From Octopus sinensis (Eukaryota): 64,000 bases of DNA. The DNA lies in the NCBI RefSeq assembly GCF_006345805.1, contig NC_042997.1, forward strand, positions 98,456,001-98,520,000. Reading direction: 5' to 3'. Shown one piece after another: positions 1 to 13,199 of this stretch (positions within the stretch are counted from its first letter, which is position 1; each line of letters begins with the position of its first letter). The notes beneath the pieces are model-generated. The model had not been told where the DNA came from and made no database searches. It worked only from the letters and a program-made list of their open reading frames with translations. The translations under genes were made by a program, and so were the position numbers.

Positions 1-224
1 TAGGATTAGCTCCTGGATCTTAAGAACCTTCCGGTCCAGAGAAAAGGTGAAAAAACGGTATGGACGATTTGTTTTGGAGTCTAATAATACCATGGAGGCC
101 TATGAAGATTTACAAACATACTTTCCCAATGATACTCGGTTTACCTACCATTATAAACAATACCAAATGTTTTTTTCTCAAACCTTTTATAATGTGATAC
201 AAGACTTTGGTGTAGCAATTGCAC

Positions 225-317
225 GCGGCTGAAGAAGGCTTTTGATCTATCTGTTATATCGATTATGCATTGATGTAAGAATAAGTTGTTCTATAAAGCC
301 CGAAACATATGTACCGC
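225..317 (+). ncRNA. Type I hammerhead ribozyme motif (PLE/retrozyme type, long stem II)
   Basis: GCGG-CTGAAGA-aGGCTTT...AAAGCCc-GAAA-CATATG-TA-CCGC: stem I GCGG/CCGC, core CUGAAGA and GAAA, palindromic stem III ACATATGT, cleavage triplet GUA. Confidence 0.7.
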
Positions 318-454
318 AACATCTTTTACGTCCTGTTTTTCATGTATTTCATTTGATACATATATCCTATCACCTATGCTACTAGCTGGCATATACAGGT
401 GCTTACATTTATCAAGTATTCGCCCTGAATTTATTGTACCTAACTTACATACAT

Positions 455-517
<63 letters not shown>

Positions 518-519
518 CA

Positions 520-1020
520 TGCATATATGCGTACAGGACGACAAGGAATGTGCAACAAACGAGAAACGCCAACATAAAAACAAAAACATGGAAAACTTTT
601 GTCGAACATTGAAAGAAACAAATAGAGAAACGAGACAGGCAAAATAAAGAAGAGCCCCTCCATCAGTTTTCCCCTGTTTTATCAACATATATATATATAC
701 ATATATATATACACACACATATATATACATATATATATACATATATATATACATATATACACATATATTTATCCTTCGAAACGTTTAGTAGATGAAATCT
801 TAGCGACTGAAGAAGGGGATTTTTCGTTGTGCTTATTGTCCTGTATCTCTCCCTTTTTTTTGCTTGTCTTGTTCCTTGGTTTGTGTCTATGTGTTTCGTC
901 TCTCTATGTGTTCGACGTCTTTTTGGTGTCCTGTACACATATATGCGTGTATATGTACATGTAGAGGTAGGTACGTACATATATGTTTATATATATGCAT
1001 ATATTCTATTTTATTAACAT
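520..1020. repeat. Inverted pair of a dispersed non-coding repeat around a (TA)n tract; further copy at ~16920-17170
   Basis: 520-680 is a diverged reverse complement of ~805-960; the GTCCTGTACACATATGC and CTGAAGAAGGGG motifs recur at 16960-17110. Confidence 0.55.
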
Positions 1021-1104
1021 ATATATACATATATATATATATAGATATTTATACATATATATATATATGTATATACATACATATATACATATGTGCATGT
1101 ATAT

Positions 1105-1139
<35 letters not shown>

Positions 1140-1172
1140 TTATCTATTTATTTATTTATATTCATATATATG

Positions 1173-1602
1173 TATGCAGTAATATACATCTGGAAAATCC
1201 TGGAGGGTCTTGTCCCGAAATTTGGCATTGAAAGTTACCCCAACAACAGAACGGGGCGCCACTGCATGGTGCCAAAGATCCCAACTTCACCATCAAAATA
1301 CAGGACCAGATACTGCAACAGCTTGGGTTTCAGGGGATCACAGCTCTTCAATATCCTTCCTAAATGCCTGAGAGACCTGCATCGTGTGGATATGGGTTTC
1401 TCTCAAACTAAACTGGATCTCTTCTTGCCAGGGTGTTCCAAATAAACCTAACTCTCGGCAGGAAACATAGATGCGGGCAGCGGCGTTGAACCCCCTTGTT
1501 GACCAAGTGCCACGTATCAGAGGTAGTTTCACATACTAGTGTAGCTCATACAGCGGTGGTGCTCCAGCATGGCCGCAGCTTTCGAGCTGAAACATTTTTA
1601 GG

Positions 1603-1608
<6 letters not shown>
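1173..1608 (+). mobile_element. 3' end of a CR1/L2-group LINE (5'-truncated)
   Basis: Translation [12 protein letters not shown]...[20 protein letters not shown]...KLDLFL resembles the post-RT C-terminus of CR1/L2-group ORF2; the 3' UTR ends GGTGGTGCTCCAGCATGGCCGCAG...CTGAAACA. Confidence 0.7.
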
Positions 1609-1644
<36 letters not shown>

Positions 1645-1731
1645 CAAGGAAAAATTGTAAAAATGCAGAATGCTAGATTGAAAGAAAATTTTAATGAAAT
1701 GAGAAATTGAAAAAATATATAAATATATATT

Positions 1732-1773
1732 TATTCAAACCGGTTTTCGTCATAGTGTGACTTATCAAGAATA
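1732..1773 (-). ncRNA. Minimal type I hammerhead with U3-A8 core variant
   Basis: Minus strand: TATTC-TTGATAA-GTCA-cacta-TGAC-GAAA-ACCGGT-TT-GAATA. Confidence 0.6.
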
Positions 1774-3964
1774 GTTATGTAACAAAATTTTTTTTTTTAA
1801 ATGAGAAAGGGGAAAAAAAGTTGCATTGTTTTTTGCAAAAGAATAATAATAAATATGTACAAAAATTTAAAAATAAGTACTCCGATACATTGTGAGTTCG
1901 TTGTGTATCTTGAGTTTAATGATTGTTCACGAAAAAGTTACCTTGAGGTATTAGGATCCGATGGGATTAAGACCATGTGTTGTTTGGTTTAATTAAGGAC
2001 GTTGGCAAAAACAGGAAGTAGTAGTAATTGTGGTTCTTCAGTTCCTGTGTTGTGAATAAGGGGAGACAACTCTTTTGAGTTTTTCAATTTTTGTTTCACA
2101 AAATCCCCTGTAATCAAGGCTGCTAATAAACCCCAAATTATAAAATTATCATTTTAGCTTCATTTGTATTATCTTTTTTTATATAATTGTTTGTTAACTT
2201 AACTTTCAGATTTTAACACTTTATTTATATTATTTTCTAATTATATAAATTTGCATAGACCAATTTATAATTACATTTCAGATTGTTATATCATATATAA
2301 TAAAAATGATGGTAATAACAACAATAGTAAAAATGATATTTAAAGAATATAAGTTTTAGCTTGAAGTGATGAATCTATGGTATCCTTATATATTTGTGTG
2401 AGTCCATCCTTGAAGAATGAGGTAGAAAAGGGAAGTTTGATCAACGAGGAGTTTGTATATTAAGTTGTGTTTGGAATTTTTCAATAAAGAGATTCTCCTT
2501 GTTAATTCTCTCCTGTGTGGTGATCCCGTCTTTACATTGGTAGAAGGGGAATATATAGAATTTGGGGTTTAAGTCTTTAGCGCATGAGTCTATGTGGTCA
2601 CTCAGTGGAATTTGTCGGTATTCCGGGAGATTTATTTTGTTCTTTATGCACCGCTACTCGTTTACGTAATGGTGCATACCCTTTATGCACCGCTACTCGT
2701 TTACACATACATAGAAAATGTTTTTTGAAATGCCAATCTGTGAATGAAAATGTTCAGGCGTTTACATGGTAGGTAGATCCGAGAGAAATAGCAGCCAAAT
2801 CTTTAACAGTTAGAAAATGTTTGGCATTTCAATCATCACCAAAAAATGAAACTGTAAGAATTTAAAGGGAAATTGTATGTAAGAAGTAAAGCAGAAATGA
2901 TTTTTAACTGTACTGCCAAAGTTCAGCAACTTAATAGCATATGTATCCAGTTTAAGAAAAGTGAAGATAAAAGGTAAAGTGGAGAAGTATGGAAGAAGTC
3001 ATTGTTATATGCTTAAAAGAAACGTACCTTTTAGAGAAGAAAATAAAGGTGAGAGCTATTGTATTGGACATCCGTATAATGTGAGAGCAGAAATTGAAAG
3101 AAGAATTATGAAATGGACGTGTGTATGTGTCTTTTTCTAGGTCATTTGGAGTGATTTTTGCAATCAGCACGAGCTTATTTGTATTTACCTCTGGAGGGGT
3201 GGAAAGAGGAACTTTTGAAGTTGTCGTGAATGCGAAAGAGACATAGTATGAGTGAAGTTGGCGTGAACCGGAAGAATTGATGTGCGTGTGTGTGTGTGAG
3301 AGAGGGTGTGTGTGTTTGAGAAGGAGTGTATGTGTGTGAGAGAGAGAGAGAGTGTGTATGTGTGTGTTTGAGAGAGAGAGAGAGAGAGAGAGAGAGTGTG
3401 TGTATGTGTGTCTATGATGGGGTGTGCGATATGGACGAGAGATTTAACTGAAATTTTGTTATTAACTTGTCGTGAGAGAATGTGTGAGTGAGTAACAGAG
3501 AATAATACCCACCACTCCAGAGATAAATACAAACTATATACTCATATATGCTTATCCACTTCTACATACATATGTACTATTACACACATACACACACTCA
3601 CACACACACGCACACACACATACATACATATGTATAAACATACATACGCACACACACATACATACATAAATATGACACAGTATTCAAGGGCAACGGTTAA
3701 AAATCGAACATGCATTATATTAACCTATCTGCTCTTTATTTTTTTAAATTTTATATATGCATAAACGCATACATATACAATACATACATACATCCATACA
3801 TATTCATATGTGCATGCATATGCATTTTTTTTATAGCACCACACACGCACATACGTATCAAACAACCTACGCTCATACGGTTATATATAACTGCACATAT
3901 GTGGTTTAGCACCAGGCATTTCAACATGTATGTAAGGGTTACATGTAAACAAGAGAGAGGGGTG

Positions 3965-5542
3965 GTTATAGAATGGTCCTCCTGAATGGGATCTGGATGT
4001 TACTTCATTCGGATTTTCGGTTGAGAGTAGGTTTGTATTCTTGTATACAAACAGCTTCTGTGACCTGTCTCAACATTGCATCGGTGGGATGTGTTGATAG
4101 GATGTTTAACTTAAGTTTCCCTAAGGATCCCTTGTGGCAGTCTACAGCATGCTGATAGAAGATGGAGTTTGGTTTCCTTTCAATGTAGTTGTCTAGGTGT
4201 TCTTTGAACCTATCATTGATATTCCTAGAAGTCTCACCTATGTATGACTCTGGGTTAGTTGCGCAACCTCCTTCTTGGCACTCAATTTGGTATACCGTGC
4301 CCTTGGTTTTGCAGTTCACATGTGGGTTTGTCGAACATACTGCACAATTACTTTGACACGTGATTCTATCAAATGGATATGATCTACATAATGCAGATTT
4401 GATAGTCCTAACTGTCTTTTCTACAACCTTGATTTTAAGGCCAGTAGTGCGCAGGATTTTCTTGAATGCCTCACTTAGCTCGTTCTTAGGTGTGGCGTCA
4501 ACGAACATTACCCCGTGAAATTTCCTGTTATCATACCAAGTATCGTTTCTCTTCCTTTTGTTGGTGACTCTCTCCAACCTATTCCAAACTTGTTGCAGTA
4601 TAGGGGGCATATACCGTTTTCGTCGTCCCTTAGAATGCGTTCGAATCTTGCTTTCGCTCTTTTGTACACTCTGACTCTATCGTCTTGTGTGTATCCGGAG
4701 CGTTGCATTCGGAATATGTAGTGCTGGATGTGTTGTTGTCGTTCTTGTGGTTGGCATAGTGGGGATACATTCCTCATTACTCTAACTAAGTCTGCCACTA
4801 GGATGTTGAGTTTGGTAGTACTCGACATAGCTGAGTCACTACGGATTACTAGTGGATTAGCCATCGGCTTCTGATAGTGTGAGTGGAGTATACAGGGTTT
4901 AATGGTTCCATTAACCATAGTATCTTCTATCCATAGCTCAGTATCTAGGACGGGTAATCGTTTACTGGGGTGTTTAGAGGGGTAGTCTATGGTAACTTTT
5001 ATACTGCTGTGGATAGAGTCAGCTATGTGTTGTATAGATGTCATCACCTGTTCTTCACTTAGTAGAGAGTCCATAACTGTGTCTGTATTATAACATTTCA
5101 CGACAAGGTTAATGTCGTCGACGTAACGAGAGTACATAGCTAAGTGGATGTTACGGGTTGCTAGGCACTGTTTAAAATGTCTGTCCCACCATACCATGAA
5201 GAGGTTTGCAACGTCACCGGCGATCTCTACTCCAAAAGCACCGCCTTTTGTCTGCTTATACAGTTTGTTGTCAAACCTAAAAATATGGGTTTTAAGTGTA
5301 ATTCTCAGGCTGTCACCGATAGCATGTGTGATAGTAGTTCTGATGTCGTGTGCATCTGAAGGTGGGTAATCTGGCTTCGTCCAGCCCTGCCAGCGCTCAC
5401 AGTGAGTCTTTCTGTATGCTGAGTTAATGGTAGGTGGTCTACCTCGTTTGTTACGGGTGGGACAAGCATACAGAAGGTTATCGTGTGACAGGTATTCATT
5501 GGTACACGTCAGGCCAGGAAGAGCCCTAGTTCATATACATAG

Positions 5543-5545
<3 letters not shown>
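3965..5545 (-). mobile_element. Penelope-like retroelement (RT + GIY-YIG), 5'-truncated and frameshifted
   Basis: ORF 4508-5197 has the RT motif YSRYVDDINLV, with upstream KQTKGGAFG; ORF 4005-4610 has a Cys cluster and GIY-YIG GTVYQIEC...YIGETSRNINDRFKEH...EAVCI...LNRKSE; abuts (TA)n at ~5545. Confidence 0.9.
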
Positions 5546-5613
<68 letters not shown>

Positions 5614-5689
5614 TATATATAATATATATATATATTATATATACATCATATATTGTATTATATATATATACATATTGTAATTTTTTTTT

Positions 5690-5923
5690 ATGGAAAACTA
5701 GCTGTCATTCATCCATAACAGCGTCCCTTCTCCAAGCGAACAATGCTGTCCATGGGAAAGGCAAAGGCGGATACATCTTTGCACCAGTGACGTCGCAACC
5801 CATTTCTACACCTGAGTGAAATAAAGTGTCTGGTGAGGAACACAACACTCAGCGCTCTCCGAGAATCGAACTCACAACCTCACGATCGTAAACTCGATGT
5901 TCTAAGCACTGAGGCATGCGCCT

Positions 5924-5927
<4 letters not shown>
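5690..5927 (-). mobile_element. tRNA-derived SINE (family C); related copies at ~6650-6985(-), 18170-18390(+), 37205-37405(-), 39200-39540(+)
   Basis: Minus-strand head with B-box GAGTTCGATTC; shared CCAGTGACGTC...TTTCTACA(G/C)CTGAGTGAA body with 6830-6870. Confidence 0.6.
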
Positions 5928-5982
<55 letters not shown>

Positions 5983-6449
5983 CAAGGAAACAAGCTCTTA
6001 TAGGAATGGAAACATCCAGCTGGTTAACTTGTTTAATGCCCAGTGTAGTTTCTAAAATACAAATGGGTATATATACAATATACAATAATAAAAGTAAATT
6101 CGAGAGTTAAACTGATGAATTAAATCCATTCATTGAAGCCAGTACCGTATTCTAATTCAATATCGGTGGAATGAACCAAGTAATAGAATTAAGGAAAAAT
6201 AATAAATAAATAAACTATTTATTGTGCTGACTCTTTTGTTTTTGTGGAGGTTTCCTACGCACTTACTCAATAATTGCATTTTTTGTATATTATCTTTTTG
6301 TGGAACTTGGCTTGTTTATTATTATATTAACTTTCGCTTACATTTCTATTGACAAAAACATTTTAACAACACAATAAATTTCACATGATGAAATCGAAAC
6401 AAAGCCCATTGATATTAGAAACTGCTTATAATAATAATTATAATAATAA

Positions 6450-6640
6450 TCCTTTCTGCTATAGGTACAAGGCCTGAAATTTTGGGGAGGGGACTAGCAG
6501 GTTACATCGACCCAAGTTCTCATCTCGAAAGGATAAAAAGTAAAGTCGACCTCGGCGGAATTTGAACTCACAACGTAGCGATGGGCAAAAAACCGCTACG
6601 CATTTCGTCCAGCGTGCTCACAATTCTGACATCTCTTAAA
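6450..6640 (-). mobile_element. SINE (family B); related copies at ~36060-36250(-), 37405-37500(-), 38490-38712(-), 54480-54565(-)
   Basis: GAAAGGAT(A/G)AAA...AAAGTCGACCTCGGCGGAATTTGAACTCA motif shared with the 44380-45100 copies; next to (AAT)n. Confidence 0.65.
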
Positions 6641-7049
6641 TATAATATAAAGACCCCCTTTGATCATGAATGTCCATGGGATTACACATAGAAATTTCCC
6701 CTCCGAGGCACAAGTCCGAGCAAGACTGTTTGTTTGTGGAAGATCAGCAGTCACACATGCATATCAGTCTCCCCACTCCATGCTACCGATGTTGTCCAAA
6801 GGAAAGGCAAAAGCCGATATAGCTTGTCGCCAGTGACGTCACAACTGATTTCTACAGCTGAGTGAACTTAGGCAACGTGAAATAAAGTGTTTTGCTCCAG
6901 AAACCAACACGGAGCCCGGTCCAGGAATCGAGCTAACTACTTCGTCATTGTGAGCCCGACGCTCAAACCACTGAACCATATACATTCACAATAACAACAA
7001 CAACAACAACAACAACAATAATAATAATAATATAATAATAATAATAATA

Positions 7050-7300
7050 ATATATTCACAGATATGACAGTTGGGACATGCAACTACAGACAAATACATA
7101 ACAAAAGCCCCAGGACTAACAAATATATATAACATACAGAAAATAGGACTACTAAATACTACACACATCCTACGTAAAACACTTTCAATACAATAACTAT
7201 AAAAGCATCACAACAGCACATACCCAAGGCACACAGGACTGTGCTCGGTAGTACAGTGAAAGGACGTTATAAAAATAAGACTACTGAATAATGATAATAA
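7050..7300 (+). mobile_element. 3' end of an R4/Dong-like non-LTR element
   Basis: Encodes NIQKIGLLNTTHILRKTLSIQ*; near-identical to 56050-56255; flanked by AAT repeats. Confidence 0.75.
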
Positions 7301-7309
7301 AAAAAGATA

Positions 7310-8990
7310 GTTCAGGCAAAACAAATTGTTTAAAGCAAATCAGAAGAAACTGTTTCAAGAACTAGATGGGCAAATACACGTGACAATGATACTAGATGCA
7401 GAGAAAGCAAGGCATTCTGGAGATTTATCTGGAGCCAATCTGTAGAGCATAATGATGAAGCGGAGTGGTTGCATGAAATCCAAGATACGTTAAAAACTAG
7501 AGAAGTCCAAGAAGACATAAATGTAACCACAAATTTGATAAAATAGCAGTTAAGAAAATTTCCAAATTGGAAGAACCCTGGATCGGATGGAGTCCAAAGT
7601 TATCGGATGAAGAAGCTGAGAGGGCTCCATGAAAGGATAGCACAAAAGCTAGAGGAGTGCTTGCAGGAAGATGCAGTACCAAGCTGCATGACAAAGGCAA
7701 AGACATTCTTATGTGCCGAGGATCCTGAAAAGGGAAATGTTGCATCCAAATTTATATCAGGTGCTTTGGCTGGTGAACTGTATAAATACTTGGAAAAAGT
7801 GGGTTACTGCCCATTGAACAGAAAATATGCCGAAAAAGGAGCCGGGGGACGAAGGATCTAATTATCAGGAACTGCAAGGAAAGACATACAAACCTGAGCA
7901 TGGCATGGGTTCACTATCGCAAAGCATACAATATGATACCATACTCCTGGATAATAAGAACAATGGAAATGTATGGAATAGCAGAGAATATGAGAAGCTT
8001 TATATGGAATAGCGTGAAATACTGGAGAACGAAATTTACAGCAGAGAAGCAAGTACTAGAAGAGGTGAAAATCAAAAGAGGAATCTTCCAGGGAGACAGT
8101 GTGTACCCATTGATATTCATGCTGGGAATGATCCCCTTGAGTGAAATTCTACAGAAAAGGTAAGAGAACACTAAACCATTTGTTATTCTTGGATTACCTG
8201 GAGCGATTAAAAAAAACTGAGGCAGAACTGGAAAGTTTAGCCCAATCTAAGAATTTTCTCCAATGATATTAAGATGGAGTTCGGATTCTCAAAATGTGCT
8301 ACGGTGGGGATGAGACGAAGAAAGCTTGCCAGGACAGAAGGCATATGGTTGCCAGGTGGTGAAATGATGAAGGCAATTCAACCTCAGTCCAGCTATAAAT
8401 ACCTGGGAATACTTGAGGCAGTTAGAATCAAAGAACACGACATAAAGGATAAGACAACAAGAGAGTACCTCCAGCGAGTGAGAAAAATATTGGCTTCAAA
8501 GCTGAATGCCAGAAACATAATCTCGGCAATGAACTCGTGCGCAGTCGCAGTAGTTCATTATGGCACTGGAATCTTGAATTGGACCGAGGAGAGGCTAAAG
8601 GAAATGGACAGGAAGTCAAGAAAGCTCCTAACGATGTATGGAGCCCATCATCCACGTGCAGACACTGATTGCCTATACATGTAGAGAGAAAATGGCGGAA
8701 AGGGACTAACAAGTGTGGAAGAATGCGTGCGTATCGAACTCGAGAGATTAATGAGATACCTAGCTCAAAATAAAGAAACCTTGTTAGCGACAGATAGGAA
8801 CGAGGGAGTAATTGAGAGCAGAGAAAAATGGAAAACAAAGGAAGAAGTACAAAATGGACCTGAAGATGAATTACGCAAGAAGGGACTACACTATCAATTC
8901 CAAGTAACCTCAACAGATGTTGCTTGAAATAATAGTGGGATTGGCTGATAAAAGGACTATACTTGCAGCGCAGGATCAGAAAATTAAGGA
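7310..8990 (+). pseudogene. Degraded R4/Dong-like non-LTR retrotransposon RT fragment
   Basis: Broken ORFs with [48 protein letters not shown] and MDRKSRKLLTMYGAHHPRAD; colinear with the 58879-59787 RT. Confidence 0.85.
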
Positions 8991-9461
8991 GCAGGAGCAG
9001 AAAATTAATGTGACTTTTCCATTTATAAGAAATATCTATTCTAAGATGTGTAATTAAACAGTTGTGTAATATATTTGTTAAACAATAAAAAGTACTATTT
9101 GGTTTGTATTAGTTTCTTATTTCAGTATTGCATTTAATGACAAAATTGATATTTTTGGTAAACAAAAAAATGTTTAACAAAAAAACTTGACGTAATAGAA
9201 ACTTTATAAGGGCATTTCTGAACCCAGCCCCATCAATTTAGGTATGATTAATTGTAAGAAGCAGGACAACAATTTTATTTTCAAAAATGTTACCCAGTGT
9301 TATAAATCTACGTCAACGAGAACATATATAATTGTATAATTATTTGTACTTTACACATACGCACACACACACACATACACACGCGCACATGCAGATTCAT
9401 ATGTGTGTATACATGTATGTGTGTATTTCATATATATATATAATATATATATGTATGTATA

Positions 9462-9555
<94 letters not shown>

Positions 9556-9786
9556 TCTTATAATAAGGGGCTAAAGAAGATATTTCTGAAGCCAATATAC
9601 TGGTTATCCACTTATAATCCACTTGCTACAGGAAGAGTTAAACTGAAAATCGGGCAACTAACCTTTAGAAAATTTAAATTTCTACGAGAGATTTAGAAAT
9701 TCAATATTTCTTATTTTGATAATCAGTGAATAAACTTCACTGAATATAAATATATACAATTACGAAGTCGAGGCAAATATCACCAG

Positions 9787-11486
9787 CCGACCTATTTTTT
9801 TTTGGGGAGTCGTTATTCTGGTGTGTTGGTTTCGAGTGCGTCATTGTGAAGAGGTTGTGAGTTCGAGTTCGTTGCTGGAGGACGTGGTGAATTTTTTATT
9901 TACAGATTTTTGAAAATGCAAGACCAGACTTATGCGAGAGCAGCAGGCAGAGGCCTGGTTGCCAGTGAACTAGAAATGGAAGAAGTGGTAGTCGAGAAGA
10001 AGACTTTAGAAAAATATTTCGACAGTTTGAAGAGGGAGGGTGACTGCGTGAGAGTCACACCGTCCGAAGAAGAAGAAAACAACGCGGAGAAACGTATGAT
10101 AACATACAGGACATGGTGTGTGGCGACAAGAAAAATAGAAGTAGCAGAAACGGAAGAAATAGAGAAATGTCTGAAAGGAATTGAGGGAGAACCCACCTTT
10201 TTCAACAGAGGAAGGAAATATACCGCAATGGTGGTACGTTTTAAAAATGAAAATGAAGCAAGAATGAATGCAACAAGAATTTTGAAAACGGAAAGTTGGA
10301 CTTTATTACCGAGTTACTGTGGAAAGAGGGCAGTCAGAATAAGAATTAGTAGAATTTCGCCCGAACTTAACATGGAGAGGATATTAGCGGCAGTAGTTTT
10401 CAACTGCAAGGAAAGTGTGGAGGTGTTGAAGGTGGAGAAGTCAACAGAAGTTAAATGGTGGGATATGCGGTACAGGTTCTGGCACATATAACCGTGCCAG
10501 ACCTATACAACATCCCGGAGGAGTTGGTCTTCCCTGATGAGACACGGCTTAGAGTCGTGGTAGAGGGAAGACCCCCAGTCTGCTATAATTGTAAATTAAG
10601 AGGCCACAGGAAGGATGTGTGCCCGCTGGAGAAAACGATAGCACCGGAGGCTGTAACGAAGGAGTGTAAAGATACGTGTGTGGAGGAGGGAGAAGTGCAG
10701 GAGGAAACGAAAGCAGTGGAGGCGCAAACGGAGGAGCAGCTAATTGAGGATGTGGAAGAAGAACGTGCAAGTGCAGAGGATGAAAGAACAGAAGATAGGA
10801 AGAGAACAAGGGTGGAATCACCACCGAAAGTTCTAAAAAAGAAAAAAATCAAAAGCAAGATAACAGAAGAAAAAGAAGAGAGAACGTGCAAAGAAACGGA
10901 AGTAAAAGAGAAGGCGAGAGAGCAGACAATGACAGAAGCTGACCAAGAATGGGAGACAAAAGTGAAAGAGCAGTTGGAAGCTTGTAAAAAGGGAAGAAGA
11001 CCTGCAGGAAAAAACCTGAAAGCATTCGTGATGTATATCAAAGACACAGAAGTAGAAAAAAGACTTGCAGGTAAGAAAGAATTGATCAGGGTAAAGTTGC
11101 ACCCAAAACTGTATGGTGACACTGTGAAAGGGGTAGTTATAGAAAAAGAGACATTCACAAAATTGAAGAAGATATTTAATGCTGTTTATGTAGCGCAATA
11201 TGTACGATATGACAATTTGCCAAATGTAATAGACCAGATGGAATTGATAAAGTATATGACGGACGAACGTCCAATATAAAAGAACTGGAATATATGTAAT
11301 GTTAAAATGTAAAATTGTAAATTGTAAAATTGTAAAATGTAAAATTGTATTTTAAACGGAACTGCGAGTTGGGGGTTCTAACTCATTACACATAATTCAT
11401 CTTTATTTCATATTTTATTTTTACTTTATGTCCCGTCTTGTAATGTCCCGTCTGCATTCGGGCCATCGTGCCCATAATAAAGATAT
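9787..11486 (+). mobile_element. ORF1-only Tx1/L1-like non-autonomous retrotransposon, copy A
   Basis: 1.7-kb unit: 5' CCGACCTA(T)n(G)nAGTCG, single ORF1, 3' UTR with GTAAAAT repeats and AATAAA; bounded by AATATCACCA at 9776 and 11487; no RT or endonuclease. Confidence 0.8.
9916..11279 (+). CDS. Tx1/L1-type ORF1-like nucleic-acid-binding protein with CCHC zinc knuckle (~454 aa once a one-base frameshift at ~10460 is repaired)
   Basis: N-terminal TYA motif, RRM-like middle, RLRVVVEGRPPV-CYNCKLRGHRKDVC (CX2CX4HX4C), acidic/basic tail; the frameshift is a missing G (TGGTGGGAT versus TGGTGGGGAT in copy B, which reads KWWGYAVQV). Confidence 0.7.
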
Positions 11487-11496
11487 AATATCACCA

Positions 11497-13189
11497 ACCG
11501 ACCTATTTTTTGGGGGGAGTCGTTATTCTGGTGTGTTTGTTTTGAGTGCGTCATTGTGAAGAGGTTGTGAGTTCGAGTTCGTTGCTGGAGGACGTGGTGA
11601 ATTTTATTTGGAGATTTTGAAAATGCAAGACTAGACGTATGCGAGAGCAGCAGGCAAAGGCCTGGTTGCCAGTGAACTAGAAATGGAAGAAGTGGTAGTC
11701 GAGAAGAAGACTTTAGAAAAATATTTCGACAGTTTGAAGAGGGAGGGTGACTGAGTGAGAGTCACACCGTCCGAAGAAGAAGAAAACAACGCGGAGAAAC
11801 GTATGATAACATACAGGACATGGTGTGTGGCGTCAAGAAAAATAGAAGTAGCAGAGACGGAAGAAATAGAGAAATGTCTGCAAGGAATTGAGGGTGAACC
11901 TACGTTTTTCAACAGAGGAAGGAATATACCGCAATGGTGGTACGTTTTAAAAATGAAAATGAAGCAAGAATGAATGCAACAAGAATTTTGAAAACGGAAA
12001 GTTGGACTTTATTACCGAGTTACTGTGGAAAGAGGGCAGTCAGAATAAGAATTAGTAGAATTTCGCCCGAACTTAACATGGAGAGGATATTAGCGGCAGT
12101 AGTTTTCAACTGCAAGGAAAGTGTGGAGGTGTTGAAGGTGGAGAAGTCAACAGAAGTTAAATGGTGGGATATGCGGTACAGGTTCTGGCACATATAACCG
12201 TGCCAGACCTATACAACATCCCGGAGGAGTTGGTCTTCCCTGATGAGACACGGCTTAGAGTCGTGGTAGAGGGAAGACCCCCAGTCTGCTATAATTGTAA
12301 ATTAAGAGGCCACAGGAAGGATGTGTGCCCGCTGGAGAAAACGATAGCACCGGAGGCTGTAACGAAGGAGTGTAAAGATACGTGTGTGGAGGAGGGAGAA
12401 GTGCAGGAGGAAACGAAAGCAGTGGAGGCGCAAACGGAGGAGCAGCTAATTGAGGATGTGGAAGAAGAACGTGCAAGTGCAGAGGATGAAAGAACAGAAG
12501 ATAGGAAGAGAACAAGGTGGAATCACCACCGAAAGTTCTAAAAAAGAAAAAAATCAAAAGCAAGATAACAGAAGAAAAAGAAGAGAGAACGTGCAAAGAA
12601 ACGGAAGTAAAAGAGAAGGCGAGAGAGCAGACAATGACAGAAGCTGACCAAGAATGGGAGACAAAAGTGAAAGAGCAGTTGGAAGCTTGTAAAAAGGGAA
12701 GAAGACCTGCAGGAAAAAACCTGAAAGCATTCGTGATGTATATCAAAGACACAGAAGTAGAAAAAAGACTTGCAGGTAAGAAAGAATTGATCAGGGTAAA
12801 GTTGCACCCAAAACTGTATGGTGACACTGTGAAAGGGGTAGTTATAGAAAAAGAGACATTCACAAAATTGAAGAAGATATTTAATGCTGTTTATGTAGCG
12901 CAATATGTACGATATGACAATTTGCCAAATGTAATAGACCAGATGGAATTGATAAAGTATATGACGGACGAACGTCCAATATAAAAGAACTGGAATATAT
13001 GTAATGTTAAAATGTAAAATTGTAATTGTAAAATTGTAAAATGTAAAATTGTATTTTAAACGGACTGCGAGTTGGGGGTTCTAACTCATTACACATAATT
13101 CATCTTTATTTCATATTTTATTTTTACTTTATGTCCCGTCTTGTAATGTCCCGTCTGCATTCGGGCCATCGTGCCCATAATAAAGATAT
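11497..13189 (+). pseudogene. ORF1-only element, middle copy (chimera of B 5' part and A 3' part)
   Basis: Shares the stops GACTAG/GACTGA and other 5' variants with copy B up to ~11920, then matches copy A including its frameshift. Confidence 0.8.
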
Positions 13190-13199
13190 AATATCACCA

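Noticed and set aside
771-820. CCTTC-GAAAC...GTA...CTGAAGA-AGGGG as a permuted (type II) hammerhead, also at 16927-16972
   Set aside because: No stem I pairing between the cleavage triplet and the core in either copy
286-1231. Numerous [12 protein letters not shown]/poly-L ORFs here and across the window
   Set aside because: They are translations of (TA)n, (CA)n, (TACA)n and (AAT)n microsatellites with no coding signal
4005-4007. In-frame TGA near the end of the PLE GIY-YIG ORF as possible selenocysteine
   Set aside because: It falls at the usual Trp position (N.KSE-W), not a Cys; a TGG-to-TGA mutation is simpler and no SECIS was recognised
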